From contig NC_133622.1 of assembly GCF_048593235.1 (NCBI RefSeq), positions 56,482,001 to 56,546,000 on the forward strand: a DNA stretch of 64,000 nucleotides, written 5' to 3'. Each line of letters starts with the position of its first letter. Positions within the stretch are counted from its first letter, which is position 1. This document shows, in pieces, positions 38,306 to 49,714 of the stretch. The notes beneath the pieces are model-generated. The model saw only the letters and a list, made by a program, of their open reading frames with translations, was not told where the DNA came from and did no database searches. Source of the DNA: Sminthopsis crassicaudata (Eukaryota). Both the position numbers and the translations under genes were made by a program.

Positions 38306-38884
38306 TGTAACGTGCTCTCCTGGCAGTTACTATTACTATCCTGTCCTAGGCCCACCAGAGTACCTTTGACCACTGTCCTCTGCAGTGTGAACTCTACCTG
38401 GCTTGCCTCCTCTGAGGCCTTCAAAGGTCTCTGGCCACAATCTCTTGAATCTATAGCTTAATAACCGGTAGCGCGCTCAAGAACAGTCACGTGTAATCTT
38501 AAAAGCCCTTATTATACCTACTCACATAATGCCCTGACTGATGCCCTGACTTGTTGGTTCCCGAGTGAACACCTGGTCAGAAGACCCACATGTTCACTAC
38601 CAAAATCCTTACCTCTTTTGGCTACCCATCTTGGCTTGGCCACCCAGGTTAGGGAGCCAGGGTGAAGAGTGCCAGGTTAAAAAGAGAGCGACTGCTGCCT
38701 GCAGTGGGCTTATAAAGGGCCTGTGAGGTCTCACACACAGCCAATCAGCAAGAGAGTCACCCATTATGAAGCTATCTCAAAATGGACAGGATCCCACCTA
38801 CAGGCAGTCCTAATACCCACAGAAATTACTTCTGGGGCTCAATCTCCTGATGCACCGTGTCTGCCCATTTAAAGGGCCCTTACA
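38306..38884 (-). mobile_element. Solo LTR (579 bp)
   Basis: Termini TGTAA...TTACA; sharp GC rise. CCAAT at ~38741, TATA-like at ~38711 and AATAAG at ~38510 are in LTR order on the minus strand. The TSD is not clean (tattat / cagtat). Confidence 0.82.
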
Positions 38885-39139
38885 CAGTATAAGTAATATT
38901 GAGTATGCAAGTTTAAGATAGACTGATTTAAGCACTATTAAATACATGATAAATATTTTTTATAGTTCTGAAATTTTTCCTGGTCTTCAAAAATCACAAT
39001 AATGAACAACTATAAAGCTACAGAAGAGATAAAGATAATTTCACTCCATCTTTAATGTAGGAAAAGTTATCAGGGAAATCAGGTTTGTTGAAATGGTGTG
39101 TCTCCACTAATGAGACATATGCTCTTTTCCAGGATGACA

Positions 39140-39140
39140 T

Positions 39141-39171
<31 letters not shown>

Positions 39172-39196
39172 CAAACAAACAAACAAAAAAACAAAA
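39140..39196. repeat. (AAAAC/AAAC)n
   Basis: Visible repeat. Confidence 0.9.
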
Positions 39197-39859
39197 GTCC
39201 TGATTGGTCCCCAGAAAAGAGAGTTAAGATGATTGGAAACTGAGAATTCAGGAGTATATTTTCATTTTGGAAGGAGTCACATCTTCCGTAGCCTATAAAA
39301 GTTGTGAAAATTGCTTCTACCTTCTATTTTTATTCTGCATTAACACGTTCTGCTCAATGTTTAGGACATCCTCTCCATATCCTCACCAGGAGCAATTGGG
39401 GTGGTAGCACAAAAATATGGATATAGGAAACACTTGATTAATTAGGTGGACCTATGATGGCATCTTAATGCTCTAGCCTTAGTTTTTATATCTCCTTTCC
39501 CCAGGTCAGGTTAATATTTACTGATTATAAGACATGGATATTCTCCATCATTGGAAACTTCCTTTTAAATTTATACTTCCTTGTAGTCCAGGATTTGATC
39601 ATCAGCCAACCAGAGGGAGAATGTTGTTAATAGTATGAGTTTTAATAAAGAAAACGACCACCACTAAGAACATCTTTGAGCTTAAAGATCTTTTAAAATC
39701 ATGACCTAAGGGGATCTAAACTACATGTGTTCCATAATGAGCTTCAGAAATGTGTTTATTAATTTGCTTATCCTAATTTGCTTGGAATCAAGAAAACTGA
39801 TCTTCATGAGTTCAAATCTTGCTTCAGAAATTCATTGACTATGTGATCTTAGGCAAGTC

Positions 39860-39999
39860 NNNNNNNNNNNNNNNNNNNNNNNNNNNNNNNNNNNNNNNNN
39901 NNNNNNNNNNNNNNNNNNNNNNNNNNNNNNNNNNNNNNNNNNNNNNNNNNNNNNNNNNNNNNNNNNNNNNNNNNNNNNNNNNNNNNNNNNNNNNNNNNN
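39860..39999. other. Assembly gap (140 N), following a MIR 5' half at ~39790-39859
   Basis: N run; the left flank gagttcaaatcttgcttcaga...atgtgatcttaggcaagtc is MIR-like. Confidence 0.95.
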
Positions 40000-41249
40000 T
40001 TATATATAATAGGGGAATACAGCACATAAAATAAGCTGAGCCAGGAAAGAATACGGCTCCTCATGAAGCATGGCAAAAAAATGAAAAAAAAAATGCCAAA
40101 GTAGTACATTGCATGGGGAACAGGATGTTTTGAGCTAAGCTACCCCCTTAAATGAAGGCTCTAGAGTTCATGGATTCATCCTCTAATTAGTAGGACAGAG
40201 TCTGGTAATTATGTGAAATATCAAAGGTTATGAAGTCTTTATTGATAATGATGTTTTCTCAACAGTGAGCTTCCTGGGACATGCTGGAAAAGAAAAGTCC
40301 AAAACCAAAATCATGTGGAAAATGACTGACAGTATGTAGAGACTTATTAAAACTATCTGGGATCTTTTCACTGTTTTTTGTTTGTTGTTAACAAGAAGTT
40401 TTAGTTTTTATAAACGTTTGGTACTTCATCATTCATTGCATCAGTGGAAAAATGTTGGTGTTGACAAAGTGGGTATTTGTATAAAAAGCAACTAAGAAAA
40501 ACTAAAAGCACTGAACAATTTTTACAATGAAGATTGCTCTTTTCTTTCCTTCACTTATAAGTTTAATTTCATTCCAGATTTTTTTTTTTTTTAATTCAGG
40601 ACTTAGAATCATCCCTCCTGTAAATTTTGCTTAGTATTAATTAACCTCACTTGACCTGTTCCATGAGATCTGAAAATTTCCTTAAAACTTTTCATATTCC
40701 TCAGATAAGAAGCCAGAGGAAGAATTTCATCTGTCCTTGACTATTTGGTGATATGCAAATCCTCCTCCTTGGTCTATTTGAATTCTTCTAAATGTAGTTC
40801 AATCTGTAATCTGACTTAATTTACCTATAGAATTTATTTGATGAAATTTGTATCCTTAGGAGATGTATGAAATTATAATTTTAATTTTGTTAAACTTTCA
40901 TGACATTGAAGGAAACATGGAATGATGGATCTTTCTTTTCTTTATCTTTTATAGCCCAAGGGGAATGTCCAAGATTGTAATATGTAAAACAATTATTTCT
41001 TTGTTACTGATGCAATTTTATCTCTAAGAGACCTTGTCAGAATCCTTATCATTGTTCAAGTTTCCTTTGAATCCTAAAACTATATTTGAGGAATAATGAA
41101 ATTTAGTTAGTTTTTCTTTTATAATTTCTGCATTGTGGTAAATATTTATATCTATATCTATATCTATATGTTTATAGATATAGATATTAACATTTACCTA
41201 TCATGTCAACTTGGAGAACTGATTTTTCTCTTATAACATTTTTCTAAGA

Positions 41250-41465
41250 CACCATAGAACTCTCTAACTTGGAACTGAATAATTTCTTACAAGTCATTTA
41301 GTACAACTGTGCCATTTTACAAATTAAGAAATTAGAGTTCAGTCAGATGAAATGATTTACTAAAAGTCATTCAAAATAATAATAATTGTTATAATTATAA
41401 AAAGAAACACAATTCATACCCAAGTTCTCTAATCCCATATGTAACAATTTATGCCACTGAGAGCT
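41250..41465 (-). mobile_element. MIR/MIR3
   Basis: gtcatttagtacaac...cattttacaaattaagaaattagag...atgatttactaaaagtcat. Confidence 0.55.
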
Positions 41466-44400
41466 ATTAATATTTGTAATTATGTGATAACTCAATGGAC
41501 TACCCTCAAACATATGATCAGGGCAATAGGCAGTTTTCATCCACTTGGTTTTTACTAGGAGAATTGTTGAACCTGTTTCTTTTGATTGGCCTTCAAACTA
41601 GAGATCCTCTTTTTTATATGGTAAATAAGAAAGCATTAGACTTTAATATGGAGTAACAAAATTAATTCCTTCAGGTGATTACAATTTTCATAAATGTATT
41701 TCTTAGCAAAAACTTAATAGCATAAGAATATCAAATTCAGTACAGCACTATTTATTGTAAAATTTTGTGTATTTCACAAAAATGCCTGCTTTAATTCCTT
41801 AGTGTAGTCCAATCAGACTCATTGTCAGTTAATAAGAAAAATTATTCTACACAATTCATCCCAAGTTGTGGTGCAGAAGACATATATTTCTGAAGCTTTT
41901 GTTTTTCTTCTTCCCAAGTTAATTAAGAAGATTAACTTCCTTGTTATTAAAAAAACAAACAAAACATTATTATGGACAAGTTTGATTAACATTTGTCTGG
42001 GTGACTTTACTCAGTGAAAAAAAACAGTAAAGAATGCCAAGTTCTTTTCTATTTCAGTGTGATGTTATTAACTATATTGCATCATTTTACCTCCAAATAG
42101 AAAATCTAACTTTCTTCAGAAAACTATTTTCAACTTATAATCATATTACCCTCTACCCTTGATATACTAATGCTTCTTCTACTTAGATATTAAGTTCTTA
42201 GTTTATATTGAAGTGATTAAAATGGTGGTGTTTCATTTTTAAATAAGTTAATTTATCATAATTGACAAGTTATGACTATAAATCCAATGCTATTGTAAAA
42301 TTTATTATTTTCATAAAATTACTCATTGAAATGAAATCACTTGTCAATTCTCAAAAATATTGTGATACACTTTTTGTTTTCTTTTGATTTTATCCCAGAG
42401 GAGTGGTATTGGAAAAATCATTGCTTCAGATACCCCTTAGAAACAAAGAAGTTACATAAACTGAAGAGATTCACCATTTCTATATTCCTAATAAAAAGCA
42501 CCTGGGAAAAGGGAAAAACACAAGTTACTTTTAAACATGCATGAAGGGTCAAAAACAGACAGGGGTAGAGAAAACCCCAATATATTCCATAAATAGCATT
42601 TAACACATAACAATTGTTCAACAGCTATCTTAATAAGTGAATCTAAATTTTTGATATTATGTTTTCCCCCTCTTTCCTTTAACATTCTGGGGCCCTAGGG
42701 ACAAACAATAAAAATGGTTTGAATAATTCACTTTGATTCCTTTAATGATTACTATAGATATATTAGATCTTCTGAAAACTATCCCTGGTCCTCTTATATG
42801 GATGGAAAAGCTCCTCTTTTCTTCCTTTTCACTCCTACACATATAGTCCCTGTAGTTGTCTTTGTCTTTTAGAATTCTTAGTTTCCCTCATGACTCAGCT
42901 CAAGTTCCATTTCCTACTTGAGATAGTTTTAGCAATTTTTTTTTAGATTTAATTGAACCCAAAATACAGATAATTATTCACATTTGATTTTAAAGGAAAC
43001 ATAAAACATAAACATATATATGTGTGTGTGTATGTCATGTATACATATATATTTTTCTGACCCCACAATCCTACAATAATGCACCCACTATTAACAAACA
43101 TAAACATAATTGTTAAGGACTAAGCAAAAATAAATCATAAATCATTTTCAAGAATCATCCTTCATCTAACTTAGGTATAAACCACAAGACAGAACAGTGA
43201 AAGAAAATGTCCTAAAAATAATAGACTCTTAATTAAAATCTAGGTTTCTAAATCAGCCCTTTTCCCACTTCTACATTATGGAAACAGATCTCCAAGCGAG
43301 ATAGAATCTATTAGCAGGGACATACTGCTAGAAACAGACTGGACATTGACAGATATCAAGGCAAATTTATTGAAAAAGAATGTCCACAGTAATTAGACAT
43401 TTCTGGTTAGAAGCAGCCTCCATTCTTCTCTAGTCAAAGGGAGAACTAAGTACAGAAGCAGACAATTGTGCTTTATGCTATTAGTTTCTCATAGTTTCCT
43501 CCCTCTGAAGAAAGTGTTGGTTAGTCTCCTTTGGGGTTACATCATTTCTTACGTTCTACTCCTAAACATATTCCCCTTTCATCCCATATTCTGCTAATGA
43601 GGTTCTAATTTTATGTGGGATAAATCAATTTATATGCATGTGACTTATTAAGCATGTGCAATAAACAAAAGCCTTTTCCAAGTCCTTCACTCTGGTAAGA
43701 TTAAACTAGTTTCTAGCTCAGATATCTTCATCAGAAATTGGGAGCCAAGTTAATTTCTTCTGAAAGCTCACTGATCAGTGATACTTAGATCATATCTTAA
43801 AGCTTGCAATAGTGTGTGGAAACTTAACTTTTCAATATTCTGATAAAGGTTTCTGAGGTTTAACTGTTCTGTGAAAACAACCCTATTTTGTCTCTCACAA
43901 TACTATTTATCAATAAATAAATCAATGGATTACCTCTTTTGATACCAAAGACCCTGAGCAAAAGAGCAGTTGTTCCTTTTATATGTTTTGTGAGTACCTA
44001 ACAAAGAAGAAGACAAGATAGTTTACATCATGGGATTAAGAGCAATATGATTGTTTACAGAGCTATGGCCCAGGAAATTATATGATCAATTAGAACTTTG
44101 GTAATGAGGGTTAGCAATGACCTCCCTTCTTTTGTGAGACTAAGAGAAGCTCATTGTTGGAGTACAAATGTTAAATAGCATTCCAGTTTTTTGGACAGCA
44201 AGTCAGACATTTTTGAATGATACCTTGGTGAAGTAAAGCTATCATGCAGGCCCAACTCCCTTTTTCCCCCCACACACATCTCCCAAAGTTAGCACAATTA
44301 CTTGAGGCAAGAAAAATTCATAGATTATAAGGAGAAATGGATTTCTAAAATTAAACCATTATAGCTGAACTCTCAACTAGTTTCTGAGACAAAGAACCAT

Positions 44401-44679
44401 GACTTAAGAAGATGCAGCAAAAAAAAGCTGCTACAGGACAAAGTACTTACATATAGAATCAATTTAAAAAATACAAATTCAATTTTAATTATCTTAGCAG
44501 TTTTGATTCTGAGGTATCATAATTTTCTAGAAACAGGTTCCCCATTCTGCCTTTTTTTTTGTGGAAGATTGCACCAGCCAAACACCCTGTTCTTGTGCAT
44601 CAGCCGCTGGCAATTTTCTAAATTTGTACCTGCTCTTGCATTTAACTATCATTTTCTCCTTTGCTTCTTGGACATTTCT

Positions 44680-44795
44680 TTTTTTATTAAGGCTTTTTAT
44701 TTTCAAAACATATGCATAGATAATTTTAAACATTCACCCCTTCAAAAGTTTGTATTCCAAATTTTCTCACTCTTCCCCTACCCTCTCCCCTAGAC
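44680..44795 (-). mobile_element. LINE-1 extreme 3' stub
   Basis: ttttttattaaggctttttattttcaaaacatatgcatagataattttaaacattcacccc...ctcttcccctacc. Confidence 0.75.
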
Positions 44796-44799
44796 CTTT

Positions 44800-44930
44800 T
44801 ATATATGAGGAACTAAAGCCCAGTAAGTTTAGGTGACATGTTCTTGTATCATAGTTAATAAGCAACAGTAAGAATTCAAACCCTAGAACCTCCGAATCTG
44901 AAAGCAGTGCAGTATCCATTGTACAATGCA
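44800..44930 (-). mobile_element. MIR
   Basis: ttttatatatgaggaactaaagcccagtaagtttaggtgac...agaattcaaaccc. Confidence 0.6.
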
Positions 44931-46319
44931 GCTTTTATACATCTCTATCACTATTTCTCTTTCTCTTGCTCTTATTCTCATCAGTGTCCAGTATATGATT
45001 GGTGCTTAATTGAATGACTTATTGATTACCACTTTGAATTGGTCAAGAAATTTATTCAGTATAAGAGAGTTAACTGATTTTTGTTGCTATGATCACTGGT
45101 ATGTTGGTTCTATATGTAGACATAGCTTCATCCACTGATTGGTGAAGATAAATTTTAATTTGGGGGGGAACATTTTCAAATAAAAGGAAATACGATGACA
45201 TGAGACAATGTAAATTATAAGGAAAACAGACACACTTCCCTTTATGATGAAGAGAAAAGAGGAAACATTTGTGATTCCTTTATCACAGGCCACATTTTTT
45301 TTTAAGGTAATAGTCTTTCAGTGTTAAGCCTAGGGAGATACCTAAAGGAGATACCTACATTAAATGACTTGCCCATCCTCATACAACTAATTAGAGAAGG
45401 GGAAGAGACAAGACTAAACCCAAATTTCCTTGATTTCTAATTGATAGAAATCATTATGTCAAGTTTATGCTTGAAGACATTAAGGCTTATTAGAATCATT
45501 TTCATCTAAAGAAAATGACATTGTCAATGTACTAGAATACACATGTGTATACATATAATACATACATGTACAAAGACAATACATGCATGTGAGCAAGAAA
45601 TAGCAATATGCTTTTGAATATACAAGAAGATCTTCATTTCTGCCTAATTCTACCTAATTATGATAAATTGTGAACAGCTGGCTTTTCTTATCTGGTCTTC
45701 ATATGTAAAGTTTCTTTTGTTGAACTTTCTAAGCTATTTTACATAAAATGATAGTGTATGAGAATGTGTGACAATCAAATTTGTTTGAAATTAATATAGG
45801 AGTCCACCATTCAGAGATCATATATTCTTTGATCCAACTTGTATAATGAGCAGTATGGCAGATGATCAGAACTTGAAGGTCAATTAAACTAAGTGAGAAC
45901 AATTGTATGACTTTGACTTTGTAGCTCACATTGCTTTCTTCTTCAATCACTCTCATGAAATCTATGAAAGAATTGATGAGCAAGGAAGGATTGGAACTTT
46001 TATGGATTTAATACAAATCAGCAGACTGAATGTTTCCATATATTTAATGGTCTTTAAATATGGTAGAATGATTCTCAAGATTCTGTTAAGTTTTAGCAAA
46101 TTCCAACTGTGCTTCTCATAGCTGTAAATACCCCAAAGCTATTTTCCTTTCCCCTTGCTATTCTTTTGCTTTTACATAGCAATGAACAAAGCAGTGAAGG
46201 GCCTATGAAATTAAGCTTCCTAATTATCAGTCTTTGACAATATAAAAGCTAACAACTAATACCTTCTTGTACTTTCAAAGAGAACAAAGGTATAAAATAA
46301 TACACTGTTCATGATTATG

Positions 46320-46900
46320 GAGAAAAAAAGTACATTTATTCATTGATGATGGCATGATAATTTATTGAATTCTTTTGGAGAACAATCTGGCAGCACAAAA
46401 TAACATTAGAAAAAATAATCATATTATGTGATTCAATAATTCTATTATTGTGAATATACCCACAAACTGTTGCCAAAAAAGGAAAAAAATCCTCAAATCT
46501 TACTTGTTCCAAGATTCTACACAGCTTATAGCTTGCAGTTATAAAAATAATAACCAATTCAAAAAAGTATAGAAACAATTTAAAAAACCAAAAATAGGGG
46601 AGTGTTTAAAAGTGTAGCTTATTAATGAAATTGAAGACTATAAGATTGACAAGCATTAAGAAATCACAGAAATCTGAAACGATCTTTATTAAACAAAGTG
46701 AATGGAAGAAAGGGAATAGAAAAATGAAGTACTCATAAACATCAATCACATGAGTGAAAGTAAATAAGAATGAACAAAGAATTCAAATGGTAACACATAA
46801 AATTCTGACATGGGAAACTGAAATAGATTAATATTTCATGTACTCATATCATAATTTTATTATGCTTTAAATGATAATATAACACAATTAAAATAATAAA
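46320..46900 (+). mobile_element. Ancient LINE-1 3' fragment
   Basis: attcttttggagaacaatctggcag...gattcaataattctattattgtgaatatacccaca: degraded ORF2 C-terminus. Confidence 0.55.
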
Positions 46901-46999
46901 TATATAATAACATAATTTAAAATAATTTACATATTTATGATTATTTAAATATATATTTAAATTCATCCTCATTCTTTATGATTCTTGGACTTCCCAAAC

Positions 47000-47350
47000 C
47001 ATACTATTTCATACTGGACTTTAGGTCAGTGCCTGATACCTCTTTGTTCTGGAACATCCAATCCATCTTGTAGTCCTCTCAACATGGCCATCCATTGGTA
47101 AGATCTGACCATTTCTTCCATTGGTGACTTCCTCCTAGAGATGGCGCTTTCCTTCTGATCCTATTTCAGGATTTTGTATTTCAAAATCATGTTCCACTAT
47201 CAGATATCATCATTCTACTATCTAGCCCTCACATTATCTGTCCCTGTTCCTTGATGACAAGGACTTTCTTTTAGCTTGTCTTTGTATCCCCAGTACTTAG
47301 CATAGTGTTTGGCATGCTATAGTTGCTTAAGTAAATGCTTGTTTTTCTTC
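47000..47350 (+). mobile_element. LINE-2 3' end
   Basis: ctttgtatccccagtacttagcatagtgtttggcatgctatagttgcttaagtaaatgcttg. Confidence 0.65.
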
Positions 47351-47435
47351 TTTACATAAATGAATTTAAATACAAATCATAGTCATTAATAAAGTTTAAT
47401 TGAATTCATATTTAAAATTTAGATTTTTATTTTAT

Positions 47436-47465
47436 GTATATATACACATACAACATATATGTGTG

Positions 47466-47529
<64 letters not shown>

Positions 47530-47536
47530 TTTTTTT
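47436..47536. repeat. (TA)n plus poly-T
   Basis: Visible repeat. Confidence 0.95.
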
Positions 47537-48619
47537 AAAGAAGGTACTACTCCCTTACTTGAGCAGTAGTGATTATCAGGATGCCTGTCTGATAAATCAA
47601 CCCGTAATTTTTCTAGTTCTTATTCAATTACACTGGGATCTTGCAATATTACTATAAGCCTCTGTCATTCTAAGAGTTCCATGTAAGAATATTAACAAAA
47701 GCTCCATGTGGATGGCAGAAATAATTCCTTTAATCTCCATGTCCTCCACTAGCCTGGAAAAAAAAAAAAAAAAGTTAATTCCTTACCCAGTAGGACACTG
47801 CAAAGAGGACATGCTAGTGTTAAATTTATAGGTAATGAAAGAATCACAGGATATTAAGAATGGAAAATCTCTGAGAAATTATCTAATTTTTCTTATTCAT
47901 TTGTTTAATATAATGAAGTAATAAGGAATTATTTCACTTCTTTTAAAGGAATTGGAAAATGGAATTCTCTGTACATATTTAGTTTAAATGGAATAAGGAG
48001 AGAAATAGGGGGAAAACTGATTTGGTAACTAGAATCAGTTAGTATGTTTTCTAATCCTAGTGAGTCAAAGCCGGACTCTTTTTGAAGAATCATTCCATTA
48101 GCATTCAAAGGTCAACAAACTGAAGAGAAAGTTGTGTAGAAGAAGTACAGGCTGAATACATCTGAAATAGGTAGAAATGAACTGAAATATGTATAAGCAT
48201 TCTTCATTTCTAAAAATAACCTTAGTTATTAAATGCTTCTCTTTCTAATGCCTTAAAATCTATTAGTGTAGTCCTCAGTGTTTTAATAGTTTCATAGCTC
48301 TGTTCCCTATCAAAAGGAGAAAATGAAAGATTCAAGGAGAACAAAGTCATCTAAAGGGTTTGTTTTTTTTTTTTTACCAAATCCATTTAGTACTTAAGAT
48401 TATTAACATGCTTTACAACTGGGCTTCAGAATACTGTTTTATCTTTGTTTTAATCATTGGTTAAGAAGACCTCTGCATAAAATACTCAGAGTTGTTAGTG
48501 ATATTAATAAGTAGAGTGTGATATTTTCTTTTTTAATATTCTGATATAAAATATTAATCTTAAAATCTTAATACTTTCTCTTTCCATACCATAATAAAAT
48601 ACATTGACTTTTATTGAAT

Positions 48620-48760
48620 AAATGAGTGTAAAAACACTTATTAAGCAATTACTATGTGGAAAATTCAGGGGTTAATATTAGCTATGCCAATTGAAAAGCA
48701 GGATAATGACTGTTCTAAAAAAAATCTCTCATTTTAAAAGGAGATTAAACACTTATGCAC
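48620..48760 (-). mobile_element. LINE-2 3' end
   Basis: aaacacttattaagcaattactatgtgg. Confidence 0.5.
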
Positions 48761-49109
48761 AAAGATGTGTGTGTGTGTGTGTGTGTGTTTGTGTAGAACG
48801 TTATAGGTCTTTTTTTGTGTATATGTATATGATTTTAGCTGCAAAGTGGATAGAAGGGTAATCCATACAATTATCAAACCAGAAAGTCTTTTTTTTTTTT
48901 TTAATGCCATTTACATGAACAAAACCACATTAGTTTTTATACTGAATAATTTGACACTGACAAGGAGTTTGTGGTGATAGCTTTATTTTCTAAATTTTAC
49001 TATTTTGCACTCAAGTCAGGAGGCATATCACTTATAGAAGAAGTGGCCTGACTGCATTTTCCAAAAGGATTGCTTCCTTGATGATATCTACAAAGGCCAG
49101 TTTGGCAAC

Positions 49110-49255
49110 AGGACTATTTATTAAACTCAAATAGAAAGGGATCTCTGCATGTTACATATTGACTTAAAAATACACAAATTAAAATTGTGTATGTTGTAAC
49201 TTATTTTTATTAATTGTTGTTAAACTTTGCTCAATTACATTTGAATCTGACAGAT
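49110..49255. mobile_element. hAT-type MITE fragment
   Basis: aaactcaaatagaaagggatctctgcatgttacatattgactt...caattacatttgaatctg. Confidence 0.5.
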
Positions 49256-49714
49256 ATATATTATGCATTTAATAAATATTTTATTCTTTTATCATATGTC
49301 TCTAAATTTCAATAGTGAGGCTCTATTTATTGCTATAGCTACAAATATTCCTCACCTGATCATCAATGCTCTACTCATAAGTTCTTACCTATTTACTAGA
49401 TTGTATAAATAATATCTGGTAGGAAACGAGTCAGTCCTTGGATATAAAGCTGGTAGATTTCTTTTAGCAATTACTGAATATATGTTTAACTTGAACATGA
49501 AAAATACATTATCTAGACTAATAACATAAAATGTAGCATATAGATAAAATTATATTGTACTATGTCTCTCACTGTGGAAAGTAGAGTGATTAGCTCCTGT
49601 TTCCCTCCAGTTTTGTTTTGCCTCCTTGAAGCAATTCAAGTTACTCTTGGAGAAGAAAGTAGAATATGGTAGAACATGGTAGAAATATGGTAGAAAATAT
49701 GGTAGAAAAGCTTT

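Noticed and set aside
47655-47790. Strong minus-strand acceptor plus an 11-nt microexon candidate upstream
   Set aside because: The implied intron is only ~32 nt, and the downstream segment lacks a good donor.
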